DNA from: Candidatus Gastranaerophilales bacterium
GTDB lineage: Bacteria; Cyanobacteriota; Vampirovibrionia; Gastranaerophilales; Gastranaerophilaceae
Reading direction: 5' to 3'
NCBI GenBank assembly: GCA_944326565.1
Contig: CALVEL010000008.1
Coordinates: 2,003-66,002 of the forward strand
Length of the DNA stretch: 64,000 nucleotides
Shown in pieces: positions 37,520 to 45,384 of this stretch. Position numbers and translations under genes: made by a program. The notes below the pieces were generated by a model. It did not search any database. It saw only the letters and a list, made by a program, of their open reading frames with translations, and was not told the DNA's origin. Position 1 is the stretch's first letter; each line of letters begins with the position of its first letter.

Positions 37520-38647
37520 TTATCTAAAAGATATGAATTTAGGGATTTCACTGCACATACAATGAATACCACCAAGTCTATCAGAGAGGATATTCATTAT
37601 TCCATTACATGGTTTAAATCCACGAATTTCGCTTAAAAAATTAAACAGTTCATTGTTTTTAACGTTTTTGTATTTTCCTCCTGAAACAAAGTGTATATTA
37701 CTAATGTTTGGAAATTTTTTTATTAAATCTTCCCTAAAAAGTTTTTCTAAATATTCTAATGCTGGAGAGGAATATTTTGTTGAATTTGTTATATAGGAAA
37801 TTTTTCCGTCCTGTTTTTTAAAAGCAATAGCGTTTATAAAGTTAATATCATCAAAATATTTTCCACCAATTTTGATAGGTTTAAAGCCATAATTTTTGAG
37901 TTTTTTTATTATAGTTTCGGTTGATTCAGCCATCGGATTTGATTTTTCAAAATTCAGATTTCTTAATATATTAGTCTTTAATCTGTTGTAAATTTTATCA
38001 TTATTTGGAAATTCTTTTTTCATATTTTCAATATTTTTTAATGATTTTGAATAATCATTCACAAGTATGTATGGATAACCAATCGGTCTTACAATTTCAT
38101 CAAGATCGCAAGAAAATTCATCAATAGTAAAAATATTTTCAGGACTTACATCAAATAAATTGGATAAATGTTTTATAGTAGGTTTATCTCCAAATTTTAT
38201 AAAAGAATCATCTTCATATATTTCAAGACTGTTAATTAACATCCATTTTTTATCATTATCAAAACCTAAGAAATAATTTCCTCCCCTTGGCATATATTTT
38301 TTACTGTTAATTTTATATTCATTAAAAGGAAATATATTTGTTAAAACAGATTCTTTTGCATTCCATAAAATATTTTTACCATCTTTATTTTTTACAAAAG
38401 CTTTATTATCCTGAGCCCAAATGGAAAGTCTGTCATCAATATAAGAATCATCAATAATATTTTTTTCTATTTTTTTATTGTTCTGGTTTAAAAATAAATC
38501 AAGTCCTTCTTCCTTTGTAATAATTTTCATTTCTTTGAAAATTTTTTGCTCTTGAGCATTTGTAAGTCCTTGCATATAAATTCCTTGTAAAGGAATTGCA
38601 TCATATCCTGAAAAGTTTATTTGATTTTTTCTTAAAGTGATGTGCAT
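37520..38647 (-). CDS. leader-bearing guanidino-group-modifying enzyme fold (agmatine/peptidyl-arginine deiminase-like)
   Basis: SIWAQDNKAFV (W.xD..pxfv), PRGGNYFLG (GGN), CDLDEIVRP, and C-terminal LGGIHCMCSEIP (GGxHC catalytic Cys motif). Leader MHITLRKNQINFSGY. Confidence 0.6.
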   Translation of the reverse strand: MHITLRKNQINFSGYDAIPLQGIYMQGLTNAQEQKIFKEMKIITKEEGLDLFLNQNNKKIEKNIIDDSYIDDRLSIWAQDNKAFVKNKDGKNILWNAKESVLTNIFPFNEYKINSKKYMPRGGNYFLGFDNDKKWMLINSLEIYEDDSFIKFGDKPTIKHLSNLFDVSPENIFTIDEFSCDLDEIVRPIGYPYILVNDYSKSLKNIENMKKEFPNNDKIYNRLKTNILRNLNFEKSNPMAESTETIIKKLKNYGFKPIKIGGKYFDDINFINAIAFKKQDGKISYITNSTKYSSPALEYLEKLFREDLIKKFPNISNIHFVSGGKYKNVKNNELFNFLSEIRGFKPCNGIMNILSDRLGGIHCMCSEIPKFISFR

Positions 38648-38758
38648 ATTACTTTATAAAATAATAAAGAAAAATTTTTGCTATAAAATCTATAAATAAA
38701 TAAAAATTCTACGAATATTAACAAATATATTTTTATAATATGCAAAACATCTAATGAA

Positions 38759-39070
38759 CTAACTATGAGTATGTTTTGGGCGTAATAGTAACATTTTAGT
38801 ATCTTGTACTGCTTTGAGACCGTGAAGAGTTTTTGCAGGCATTACAATCATTTCACCGGCTTGCAATCTGTAAATTCTATCACCTACTGTAATATCTGCC
38901 AATCCCTCAATAATTTGAGCGACTTCATCTTTTTCATCACAATGCAAAGATCTTTCTGCTCCGGCTTTAAAAGAGAGCAGAGTCAAAGAACTCTGCTCGT
39001 TGTCAAATACAAGCTTTTTATTAATTTTATCTGTATATTCAATATCTTTTAAATTAATTATTTCGCTCAT
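38759..39070 (-). CDS. cupin domain protein
   Basis: 103 aa with SLHCDEKDEVAQIIEG...GEMIVMPAKTLHGL. Overlaps the hcp stop by 4 nt (ATGA), implying translational coupling. Confidence 0.65.
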   Translation of the reverse strand: MSEIINLKDIEYTDKINKKLVFDNEQSSLTLLSFKAGAERSLHCDEKDEVAQIIEGLADITVGDRIYRLQAGEMIVMPAKTLHGLKAVQDTKMLLLRPKHTHS

Positions 39071-40602
39071 TTGTTCAAAATTTCTTTAATATCTTCTTCA
39101 GGTGTTCTAACTGGTTTTATTTTATACTTTTCAATTAATATATTCAAGACATTAGATGATACAAATGCAGGTAAAGTAGGTCCGAGTTTTATATTTTCAA
39201 TACCTAAATATAGAAGTGTTAATAAAATACAAACTGCCTTTTGCTCATACCAAGAAAGAACCAATGATAATGGCAACTCATTTACCGAACAATTGAACGC
39301 TTTGGACAATTCAACAGCTACTTTTATAGCAGAATATGCATCATTGCATTGCCCCATATCCAATAATCTTGGAATACCTTTTATTTCCCCTAAATCTAAA
39401 TCATTAAATCTATATTTCCCGCAAGCTAAGGTCAGTATAATAGAATCTTTGGGGGTTTGTTTTACAAAGTCGGTATAATAATTTCTTCCCGGTTTTGCAC
39501 CATCACATCCGCCTACCAGGAAAATATGTTTTATATCACCTGATTTTACGGCTTCTATAACTTTATCAGCAACAGATAGAACTGTTCCATGACCAAATCC
39601 AACAGTTAAAGTATCACCGCCGTTTATACCAGTCATTTTTTTATCTTCTCTATACCCGCCAAGCTCAATCGCTTTTTCAATTACGGGTGTGAAATCTTTA
39701 TTTTCTCCAATATGTATAATATCAGGATATTCAACTACTGATGTTGTAAAGACTCTATCTTTGTAGCTTTCTTTTACAGGCATTATACAATTTGTTGTAA
39801 ACAAAATTGCGGCAGGAACATTATCGAATTCTTTTTGTTGATTTTGCCAAGCCGTTCCAAAATTACCTTTCAAATGAGTGTATTTATTTAACTCAGGATA
39901 AGCGTGGCAAGGTAACATTTCACCATGAGTATAAATATTTACACCTTTATCTTTTGTCTGTTCTAAAAGTAAGCTTAAATCTCTTAAATCATGACCTGTT
40001 ACAATAATAAAAGGTCCTTTTTCTATATTTGTTGTAACTTTTCTGGGTGCAGGAGTTCCGTAAGTTTCAGTGTTTGCCTTATCTAAAAGCTCCATACATT
40101 TTAAATTTATCTCACCTGTTTTCAAAACTAAATTTAACAATTCATCCACAGATAAATCTTTTGAAATTCCTCGTAATGATTCATAAAAGAAATTGTCAAC
40201 ATCAGCATTTTTATACCCTAAAACTCTTGCATGATGAGCATAAGCAGCTATACCTTTTAAGCCAAACAATATTAAAGATTTCAAACTTCTGATATCTTCA
40301 TTACAATCCCAAATAGTTTTTATATCAAATTTAGAACCACAACTGATATTTTTTTGAACTTTGTCAATATATTCTTGGATGGATTTATTATCAAAACTAA
40401 CATTTGTAATTGTTGTAAACAATCCATCAATTAAAAGTTCTGTATTTACATCATTTTTTTCTCCACAATTTGCAAGCTCAATTAATTTGCTTATCAATTC
40501 ATCTTGCAAATTTGATGTATCTGCTTTTTTACCGCATACACCCTGTATAGTACAAGCTTTCCCTTGAGCGGTTTGCTCACATTGAAAACAAAACATATTC
40601 AT
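39067..40602 (-). CDS. hcp: hydroxylamine reductase (hybrid-cluster protein)
   Basis: N-terminal MFCFQCEQTAQGKACT..GVCGK cysteine motif and a conserved central/C-terminal hybrid-cluster region (GHDL, LVGGCDG, LDMGQCNDAYS). Confidence 0.9.
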   Translation of the reverse strand: MNMFCFQCEQTAQGKACTIQGVCGKKADTSNLQDELISKLIELANCGEKNDVNTELLIDGLFTTITNVSFDNKSIQEYIDKVQKNISCGSKFDIKTIWDCNEDIRSLKSLILFGLKGIAAYAHHARVLGYKNADVDNFFYESLRGISKDLSVDELLNLVLKTGEINLKCMELLDKANTETYGTPAPRKVTTNIEKGPFIIVTGHDLRDLSLLLEQTKDKGVNIYTHGEMLPCHAYPELNKYTHLKGNFGTAWQNQQKEFDNVPAAILFTTNCIMPVKESYKDRVFTTSVVEYPDIIHIGENKDFTPVIEKAIELGGYREDKKMTGINGGDTLTVGFGHGTVLSVADKVIEAVKSGDIKHIFLVGGCDGAKPGRNYYTDFVKQTPKDSIILTLACGKYRFNDLDLGEIKGIPRLLDMGQCNDAYSAIKVAVELSKAFNCSVNELPLSLVLSWYEQKAVCILLTLLYLGIENIKLGPTLPAFVSSNVLNILIEKYKIKPVRTPEEDIKEILNK

Positions 40603-40709
40603 AATTTTCTCCTACAATTTTAAATTACTAATACTGTTATTTTTCATAAATTCTTCAAACGTATTATTGATTGAAGAAATAAGCGGTTTCATAATACAGC
40701 AACAAGAAG

Positions 40710-41105
40710 TTATATGTCGTGATGAGAATAGGCAATCTTTACGTATATATTTACCTTCAATGGCTTCATAAATATCCAGTAAACTTTGAAATTTTCAATT
40801 TCTTCAAGAGTTTTGTGATAATCCCCCTTGAAACATATCGTTCTATCATCAATGTAAAGATAAGACGGCAATTTTACATTAGTAACATCTTTAAAAAATT
40901 TATCTAAATTGTTATTAATTAGCCATTTAGTTGCAAGCATTAAATTTCTTGATGTAAAAAGATACAATTCAGCACTTTGAGATAATGTTTCTAAAAACTC
41001 ATAAGCCCCAACTTTAATTTTAGGAATGTAATTTTCATTAAATTTTTCTTTCCCGTACTCATTTAGTACGCCGTCTAAATCTATAAGTATCTTTTTAGTG
41101 AACAT
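40710..41105 (-). CDS. small HAD-superfamily hydrolase (nucleotidase-like)
   Basis: ILIDLDGVLNEY motif I and YIDDR motif near the C-terminus. The start chosen is MFTKKI. Confidence 0.55.
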   Translation of the reverse strand: MFTKKILIDLDGVLNEYGKEKFNENYIPKIKVGAYEFLETLSQSAELYLFTSRNLMLATKWLINNNLDKFFKDVTNVKLPSYLYIDDRTICFKGDYHKTLEEIENFKVYWIFMKPLKVNIYVKIAYSHHDI

Positions 41106-41164
41106 AAGCCATTTTGTCCGCCTCACAGTTTGTCTATATTGTCATTATAGCGGACAATTTAATT

Positions 41165-41377
41165 ATGGACAAGGTATTATTACAAAAATTAGCAAATCGT
41201 ATAAAAGAGTTAAGGAAATTACATAAGTACACTCAAGATGATTTAGCGGATTTAGCCCAAATTGCACGCTCTACTTTAGGGAATATTGAAACTGCTCAAA
41301 ATGATGTAACCTTTTCCAAATTAAATAAAATAGCCAAAGCTTTTAATCTAACATTAGCTGAATTTTTAAATTTTTAG
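41165..41377 (+). CDS. XRE-family helix-turn-helix regulator (70 aa)
   Basis: LANRIKELRKLHKYTQDDLADLAQIARSTLGNIETAQNDVTFSKLNKIAKAFNLTLAEFL is a canonical Cro/C1-type HTH. An 8-bp inverted repeat TTGTCCGC/GCGGACAA (41114-41121, 41150-41157) lies just upstream. Confidence 0.8.
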   Translation: MDKVLLQKLANRIKELRKLHKYTQDDLADLAQIARSTLGNIETAQNDVTFSKLNKIAKAFNLTLAEFLNF

Positions 41378-41435
41378 TTAGTATCAAAATCTCATTGATA
41401 ATTTGGTATATCTCAATTTACAAGTAAAAATAAAA

Positions 41436-41462
41436 TTGCACTATTTTGCACTTTCTTGCACT
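41436..41462 (+). repeat. three direct TTGCACT boxes at exact 10-bp phasing
   Basis: TTGCACT at 41436, 41446 and 41456. Confidence 0.85.
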
Positions 41463-41524
41463 GGGCTTATCTTTAAACACCAAGGCAATTTGAGCCTAAT
41501 GTGGTTTTAAAAATTTGCAAATGG

Positions 41525-41562
41525 AGTGCAAAAGAGTGCAAGAAATGAGTACTTAAGTGCAA
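41525..41562 (+). repeat. three inverted copies (AGTGCAA) of the same box at 10-bp phasing, plus one degenerate copy
   Basis: AGTGCAA at 41525, 41535 and 41556, with degenerate AGTACTT at 41548. The whole unit is flanked by GGTATATCTCAAT (41405-41417) and GGTACATCTCAAT (41572-41584). Confidence 0.85.
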
Positions 41563-41720
41563 GAAAAGACCGGTACATCTCAATACTAAAAAACAGCCTC
41601 AATCGTGCTGTCTGTTTGATTTTTTATTAAAATTTCCTCGTCTCAATGTCCCAGAAACCTATTAATTAACCTGCTTTAAAGAAGCTTCTATTTAAAGATT
41701 AAATAGACAAAAAGATGAGA

Positions 41721-42827
41721 TTAATTGAATAATTTTGAACATTTTTCTTGAATATCTAACGCAATATCTTTTGCAAATTTTTCCTTGAGTCCTATATTTT
41801 TTGCCACAGCTAAAATATCCTCTAAAGTCGGATTTTTACCCTCGCCATTAATTGTTGTTGCGTGTTCTCCATTAAATGAAAAACTATAAGTCAAATCATA
41901 CGCAGGAGACAAGTGCCATTCTTTTTTTGTATCATCAAAAAGAAAAGAAAAATTCTTTGAATGGTCATCTCGATTGTGTGCAAACACATTAAAGCACATC
42001 AGCCTGAATAGTTGTTCAATATCCTGATAATTTCTTGTTAACTCAAGCGTAAGTTTCATCAATGTATTGTAATCAAGGTTAGGAAACCTGTGACTTGTTT
42101 CTAACAGCCCGCTTGCGGATACCATATGAACTTTTTTACCATTTTTGCGGTCAAACCTTTTTATCCCAAAATATCCTGAACATATTTTTGATGGGAAAAG
42201 TCTTGTCTCTGTCATATATATTCCGCAACTTTTTGCACATAGGGAATATTGATATTCTTTTTCTCCTATATTTTTAGGATCAGATGATGACGGGAACTTA
42301 ATAATCCAATCCTCGTTGTCAATAGACGTTAAAATTTTGGGTCTTGCACCACCAGATGAGCCTCCTAAGATAAAAAGTTCATCCAAATTATCTGAATTTT
42401 GCGATTCTAATATCTTTGAACACTCCTGAGCAAGAATATCATAATCCGCAATGTTATTTTTAGATTCAAACCTATGTTCAGGTTTATAAGTTAAAGCCCC
42501 CATACCACTTTCTTGAACAACAGCAAGTCTATTGAGGTTATCTATTTCATTAGGGTTAATTTTATTTTTCAAAAATAACCTGTCAACAAGTAATCTCCCC
42601 CAACCGTCAGGCAAACTGTCGTTAAAAACTCCAAATAAACCGCCAAATGGGTCATATTTCGGAATAAAAACTTTCTTGATAAGCGGCAAACTAAAAGGTG
42701 AAATGCTAAATCCGTTATTCAACCAATCTGAATCGTATTCAAAAGCAACAACTCTATCAGGAGTTTTAGCTAAAGTGCCAACTAAAATATCATTATAAAA
42801 AACTTTTAAATATTTATAGTTATCCAT
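41721..42827 (-). CDS. hipA: HipA-family serine/threonine kinase toxin
   Basis: HipA N-domain (LKVFYNDILVGTL...FEYDSDWL..GFSISPFSLPL), LGGSSGGARPK loop, and DDHSKNFSFL catalytic region. Confidence 0.85.
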   Translation of the reverse strand: MDNYKYLKVFYNDILVGTLAKTPDRVVAFEYDSDWLNNGFSISPFSLPLIKKVFIPKYDPFGGLFGVFNDSLPDGWGRLLVDRLFLKNKINPNEIDNLNRLAVVQESGMGALTYKPEHRFESKNNIADYDILAQECSKILESQNSDNLDELFILGGSSGGARPKILTSIDNEDWIIKFPSSSDPKNIGEKEYQYSLCAKSCGIYMTETRLFPSKICSGYFGIKRFDRKNGKKVHMVSASGLLETSHRFPNLDYNTLMKLTLELTRNYQDIEQLFRLMCFNVFAHNRDDHSKNFSFLFDDTKKEWHLSPAYDLTYSFSFNGEHATTINGEGKNPTLEDILAVAKNIGLKEKFAKDIALDIQEKCSKLFN

Positions 42828-43098
42828 TTATAACCTCATCAATGGAGTTGTAGTCTTTTTGTGTGAATAAATTTTCCAAATCCTGCTCTAAATTAAGAGC
42901 AATTAGGATTTTTATAAAAGAATTCAAAGAAATTTCATACTTGGACTCAAACCTTTTAATGGAGCCAAGACTAACACCTGATTTAGAAGCAAGTTGAGCC
43001 TGAGAAATTTTAAGCTTTTTTCGGCGTTGCTTAATTTTTTCAACCAAGTCATGCGCTATATCATTAGGGGTTTTGGGATTAAAGAAAAAATTATCCAT
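42820..43098 (-). CDS. hipB: HipB-like XRE-family antitoxin
   Basis: HTH ISQAQLASKSGVSLGSIKRFE. Its stop overlaps the hipA start by 8 nt. Confidence 0.75.
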   Translation of the reverse strand: MDNFFFNPKTPNDIAHDLVEKIKQRRKKLKISQAQLASKSGVSLGSIKRFESKYEISLNSFIKILIALNLEQDLENLFTQKDYNSIDEVING

Positions 43099-43155
43099 AG
43101 ATAATATATTATACTATTTTATTAAAATGTCAATATTTAGATAATATATTATCTA
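43098..43155. promoter_or_regulatory. two palindromic operator-like boxes at the hipBA promoter
   Basis: Perfect 18-bp palindrome TAGATAATATATTATCTA at 43138-43155. A second copy, TAGATAATATATTATA, at 43098-43113 overlaps the hipB start codon. Spacing is 40 bp. Confidence 0.5.
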
Positions 43156-43272
43156 ATATTTTAAAAGCAAAAAATACAACATAATGAAGTTGTGTTGTAT
43201 TTTGAGGGTAAATATATGTGGGTAAGGGTGAATGAATTTTTGCAGGCGGAAGTATATTCTGAACATTGCTGA

Positions 43273-43330
43273 AATTTTTGAACATTTTTTGAACGCTGTT
43301 TAAATGTCGTTTAAACGGTGTTTAAATTTT
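43273..43330. repeat. left arm of the imperfect inverted repeat bracketing the recombinase-BREX segment
   Basis: 2x TTTTTGAAC followed by 3x TTTAAA at 11-12 bp phasing. 43273-43305 matches the reverse complement of 59325-59357 at 29 of 33 positions without gaps. Confidence 0.8.
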
Positions 43331-43396
43331 GTGTCATTCGACTTTACTTTTTATAGGGAAGAAGCAATCATTGTCTGTGATTAAGCGAGTTTAAAA

Positions 43397-43936
43397 ATGA
43401 ATGTAGTACAACCTATAAAAAAGCTGGAAGATATTCAAAAGATTAAAAAATATTTGGTAAAAAAGACAAGAGATGCACTGCTTTTTAGTTTCGGTATAAA
43501 TACGGGACTCAGAATATCTGATATATTATCGCTTGATATTGGGGATGTAAAAGGCAGAGATTATATTGAAATTAGAGAGAAAAAGACAAATAAGTATAAG
43601 AAATTTCCGCTTAATAGGTTTTTAAAAGAGGAGATTAATTTATTTGTAGAGGGTTTGGCGAGTGAGCAACCGCTTTTTTATACACAAAAACATTGCAGGC
43701 TTGATAGAGCACAGGCGTATAGAATTTTGAATAAGGCAGCACAAGCTGTTGGGGTGAAGGAAAGAATCGGAACACATACACTGAGAAAGACATTCGGGTA
43801 TCATCATTATAAAAAATATAATGATATAGTACTCCTGCAAAAAATCTTTAACCACTCCTCACCATCAGTAACGCTTCGCTACATCGGCATCGAACAAGAC
43901 ACAATCGATGAAAGCTACATGAATTTTTATCTGTAG
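43397..43936 (+). CDS. small tyrosine recombinase (catalytic domain only, 179 aa)
   Basis: All catalytic residues are readable: GLRISD (Arg), KTNKYKKF (Lys), GTHTLRKT (HxxR), NHSSP (His), LRYIG (Tyr). The size resembles FimB/FimE-type invertases rather than phage integrases. Confidence 0.85.
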   Translation: MNVVQPIKKLEDIQKIKKYLVKKTRDALLFSFGINTGLRISDILSLDIGDVKGRDYIEIREKKTNKYKKFPLNRFLKEEINLFVEGLASEQPLFYTQKHCRLDRAQAYRILNKAAQAVGVKERIGTHTLRKTFGYHHYKKYNDIVLLQKIFNHSSPSVTLRYIGIEQDTIDESYMNFYL

Positions 43937-43969
43937 AAATGTTATAGTGGATAATAGACGTAAAAATAA

Positions 43970-44380
43970 TTATTTATAGCTTCCGATTTTTCTGCCGTAT
44001 TTGTCGTATTCGGTAATTCTACCAGATGAGTCTTTTTTGAATGAACCTACTTTTTGACCGTATTTATTGTATTTTGTAGTTACCCCATTAGAATTTGTTT
44101 TGTAACTACCAGTTTTCTGTCCATACTTATCATAGGAATTATATCCAGAGGAAGTCTTTTTATAACTTCCAGTTTTTTGACCGTACTTGTCATATTTATT
44201 ATAGCCAGAGGAAGTTTCCTTGTATGTGCCAGTTTTAGAACCATATCTGTCATAAGAATTGTAGCCTGAAGTTGTTTGCCTGTAAGAACCTGTCTTTTGA
44301 CCATACCTATCATAGGAAGTAACTGCAAAAGCAACATTTGCAAAGAATAACATCAACAATAAAACTAAAAATTTCTTCAT
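43970..44380 (-). CDS. secreted tandem-repeat protein (six ~20-aa YDKYGQKTGSYK units)
   Basis: Start at MKKFLVLLLMLFFANVAFA (44380) with an AAAGGAG RBS. Repeats are SYDRYGQKTGSYRQTTSGYN / SYDRYGSKTGTYKETSSGYN / KYDKYGQKTGSYKKTSSGYN, and so on. Confidence 0.7.
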   Translation of the reverse strand: MKKFLVLLLMLFFANVAFAVTSYDRYGQKTGSYRQTTSGYNSYDRYGSKTGTYKETSSGYNKYDKYGQKTGSYKKTSSGYNSYDKYGQKTGSYKTNSNGVTTKYNKYGQKVGSFKKDSSGRITEYDKYGRKIGSYK

Positions 44381-44431
44381 ACACAACTCCTTTATAATCA
44401 TAACGAAATAAGGCTGAAAATTGTTCAAATA

Positions 44432-44629
44432 TTAATATTTTTCATCTTCATCATCATATTCATAGTTAGACCATTTTTCTCTTTCTAAAGCTTTTCTGTC
44501 ATATTTAGAATCTTCCATTTCATCCCATCCAGATTCGTACATATTCGCCATTTCTTGGTCTCTAGCCTTATTTCTGTACTTTCTATTTTGATTACCAGAA
44601 TCCCCAAATAAAAACTCAAATAATCCCAT
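44432..44629 (-). CDS. small acidic hypothetical protein (65 aa)
   Basis: ATG at 44629 preceded by GAGGTG. Sequence MGLFEFLFGDSGNQ...YEYDDEDEKY. No motif recognised. Confidence 0.45.
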   Translation of the reverse strand: MGLFEFLFGDSGNQNRKYRNKARDQEMANMYESGWDEMEDSKYDRKALEREKWSNYEYDDEDEKY

Positions 44630-44760
44630 AAACACCTCAAATTATAATTTGTTACTTTTGTAGTATAGCACAAAACTTTGAACAATTTACTTGTTATTTG
44701 ATTTATTAAGTAATACGCTAAAAATGTTAAAAACAGGCATGTTTGTAGTAAGATTATACT

Positions 44761-45381
44761 ATGGTTAAACGAGATGTTTGTAATTCTGTTTCTAAAGAAT
44801 ATAGTGCTAGGATGACTGGAAATCAATTTCTTTATCCAGAGTTTAAGGTTGCAGTTAAATTACTACAAGAAGGCTTAAGCAAAAAAGAAGCAACCGATAA
44901 AATTATTAATGAGAATTTATTTGAATATCGTTCTTTTAAGGCTATAAACAAACATATTGGTGCTGTATGGGAAAGAGCAAACTATTTAGATGACTATTTG
45001 ATTGAAGTGCTATTAACTGAACCTAATGAAATAGGAAGACTTATTAATTTTTATGCAATTTTAAAATATGACAGATTATTTCTTGAATTTATGGAAGAAG
45101 TCTTAATAGATAAAGTGTTTTCAAGACAAATGGAAGTTTCTAAATCTGATATATCCAACTATTTTTCGATTAAAGCAGAACAGAGTGAAACTGTGGCTAA
45201 CTTTAAAGAAACAACATTAAAAAGGCTTAGATTAGCGTATTTTGAGATTCTAAGTGGAGCTGGATATATAGGAACAAATAGAGATAATGCAGAATTAACA
45301 ATCCCTCTTGGTATATACCAGATTACTAATCATTTAGAAGAAATTGGTGATAAAAGGTATGCAAAAGCAATGTTAGGATAA
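44761..45381 (+). CDS. brxA: BREX protein BrxA (DUF1819)
   Basis: YSARMTGNQFLYPEFKVAVKLLQEGLSKKEATDKIINENLFEYRS fits the recalled DUF1819 pattern. It is the first gene of the six-gene BREX order. Confidence 0.85.
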   Translation: MVKRDVCNSVSKEYSARMTGNQFLYPEFKVAVKLLQEGLSKKEATDKIINENLFEYRSFKAINKHIGAVWERANYLDDYLIEVLLTEPNEIGRLINFYAILKYDRLFLEFMEEVLIDKVFSRQMEVSKSDISNYFSIKAEQSETVANFKETTLKRLRLAYFEILSGAGYIGTNRDNAELTIPLGIYQITNHLEEIGDKRYAKAMLG

Positions 45382-45384
45382 GTA

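Noticed and set aside
41585-41620. Possible terminator hairpin ACAGC...GCTGT followed by a T-run after the iteron-like element
   Set aside because: The stem is only 5 bp with a 9-nt loop, too weak to call.
44054-44343. Alternative-frame ORFs (71 aa and 87 aa) across the tandem-repeat gene
   Set aside because: Open frames in several phases are a by-product of the 60-bp DNA repeat periodicity. Only the frame with a signal peptide and an AAAGGAG RBS is credible.
44485-44826. 113-aa minus-strand ORF overlapping the brxA start and the 65-aa acidic ORF
   Set aside because: It overlaps two better-supported genes, lacks an RBS and has a low-complexity translation.
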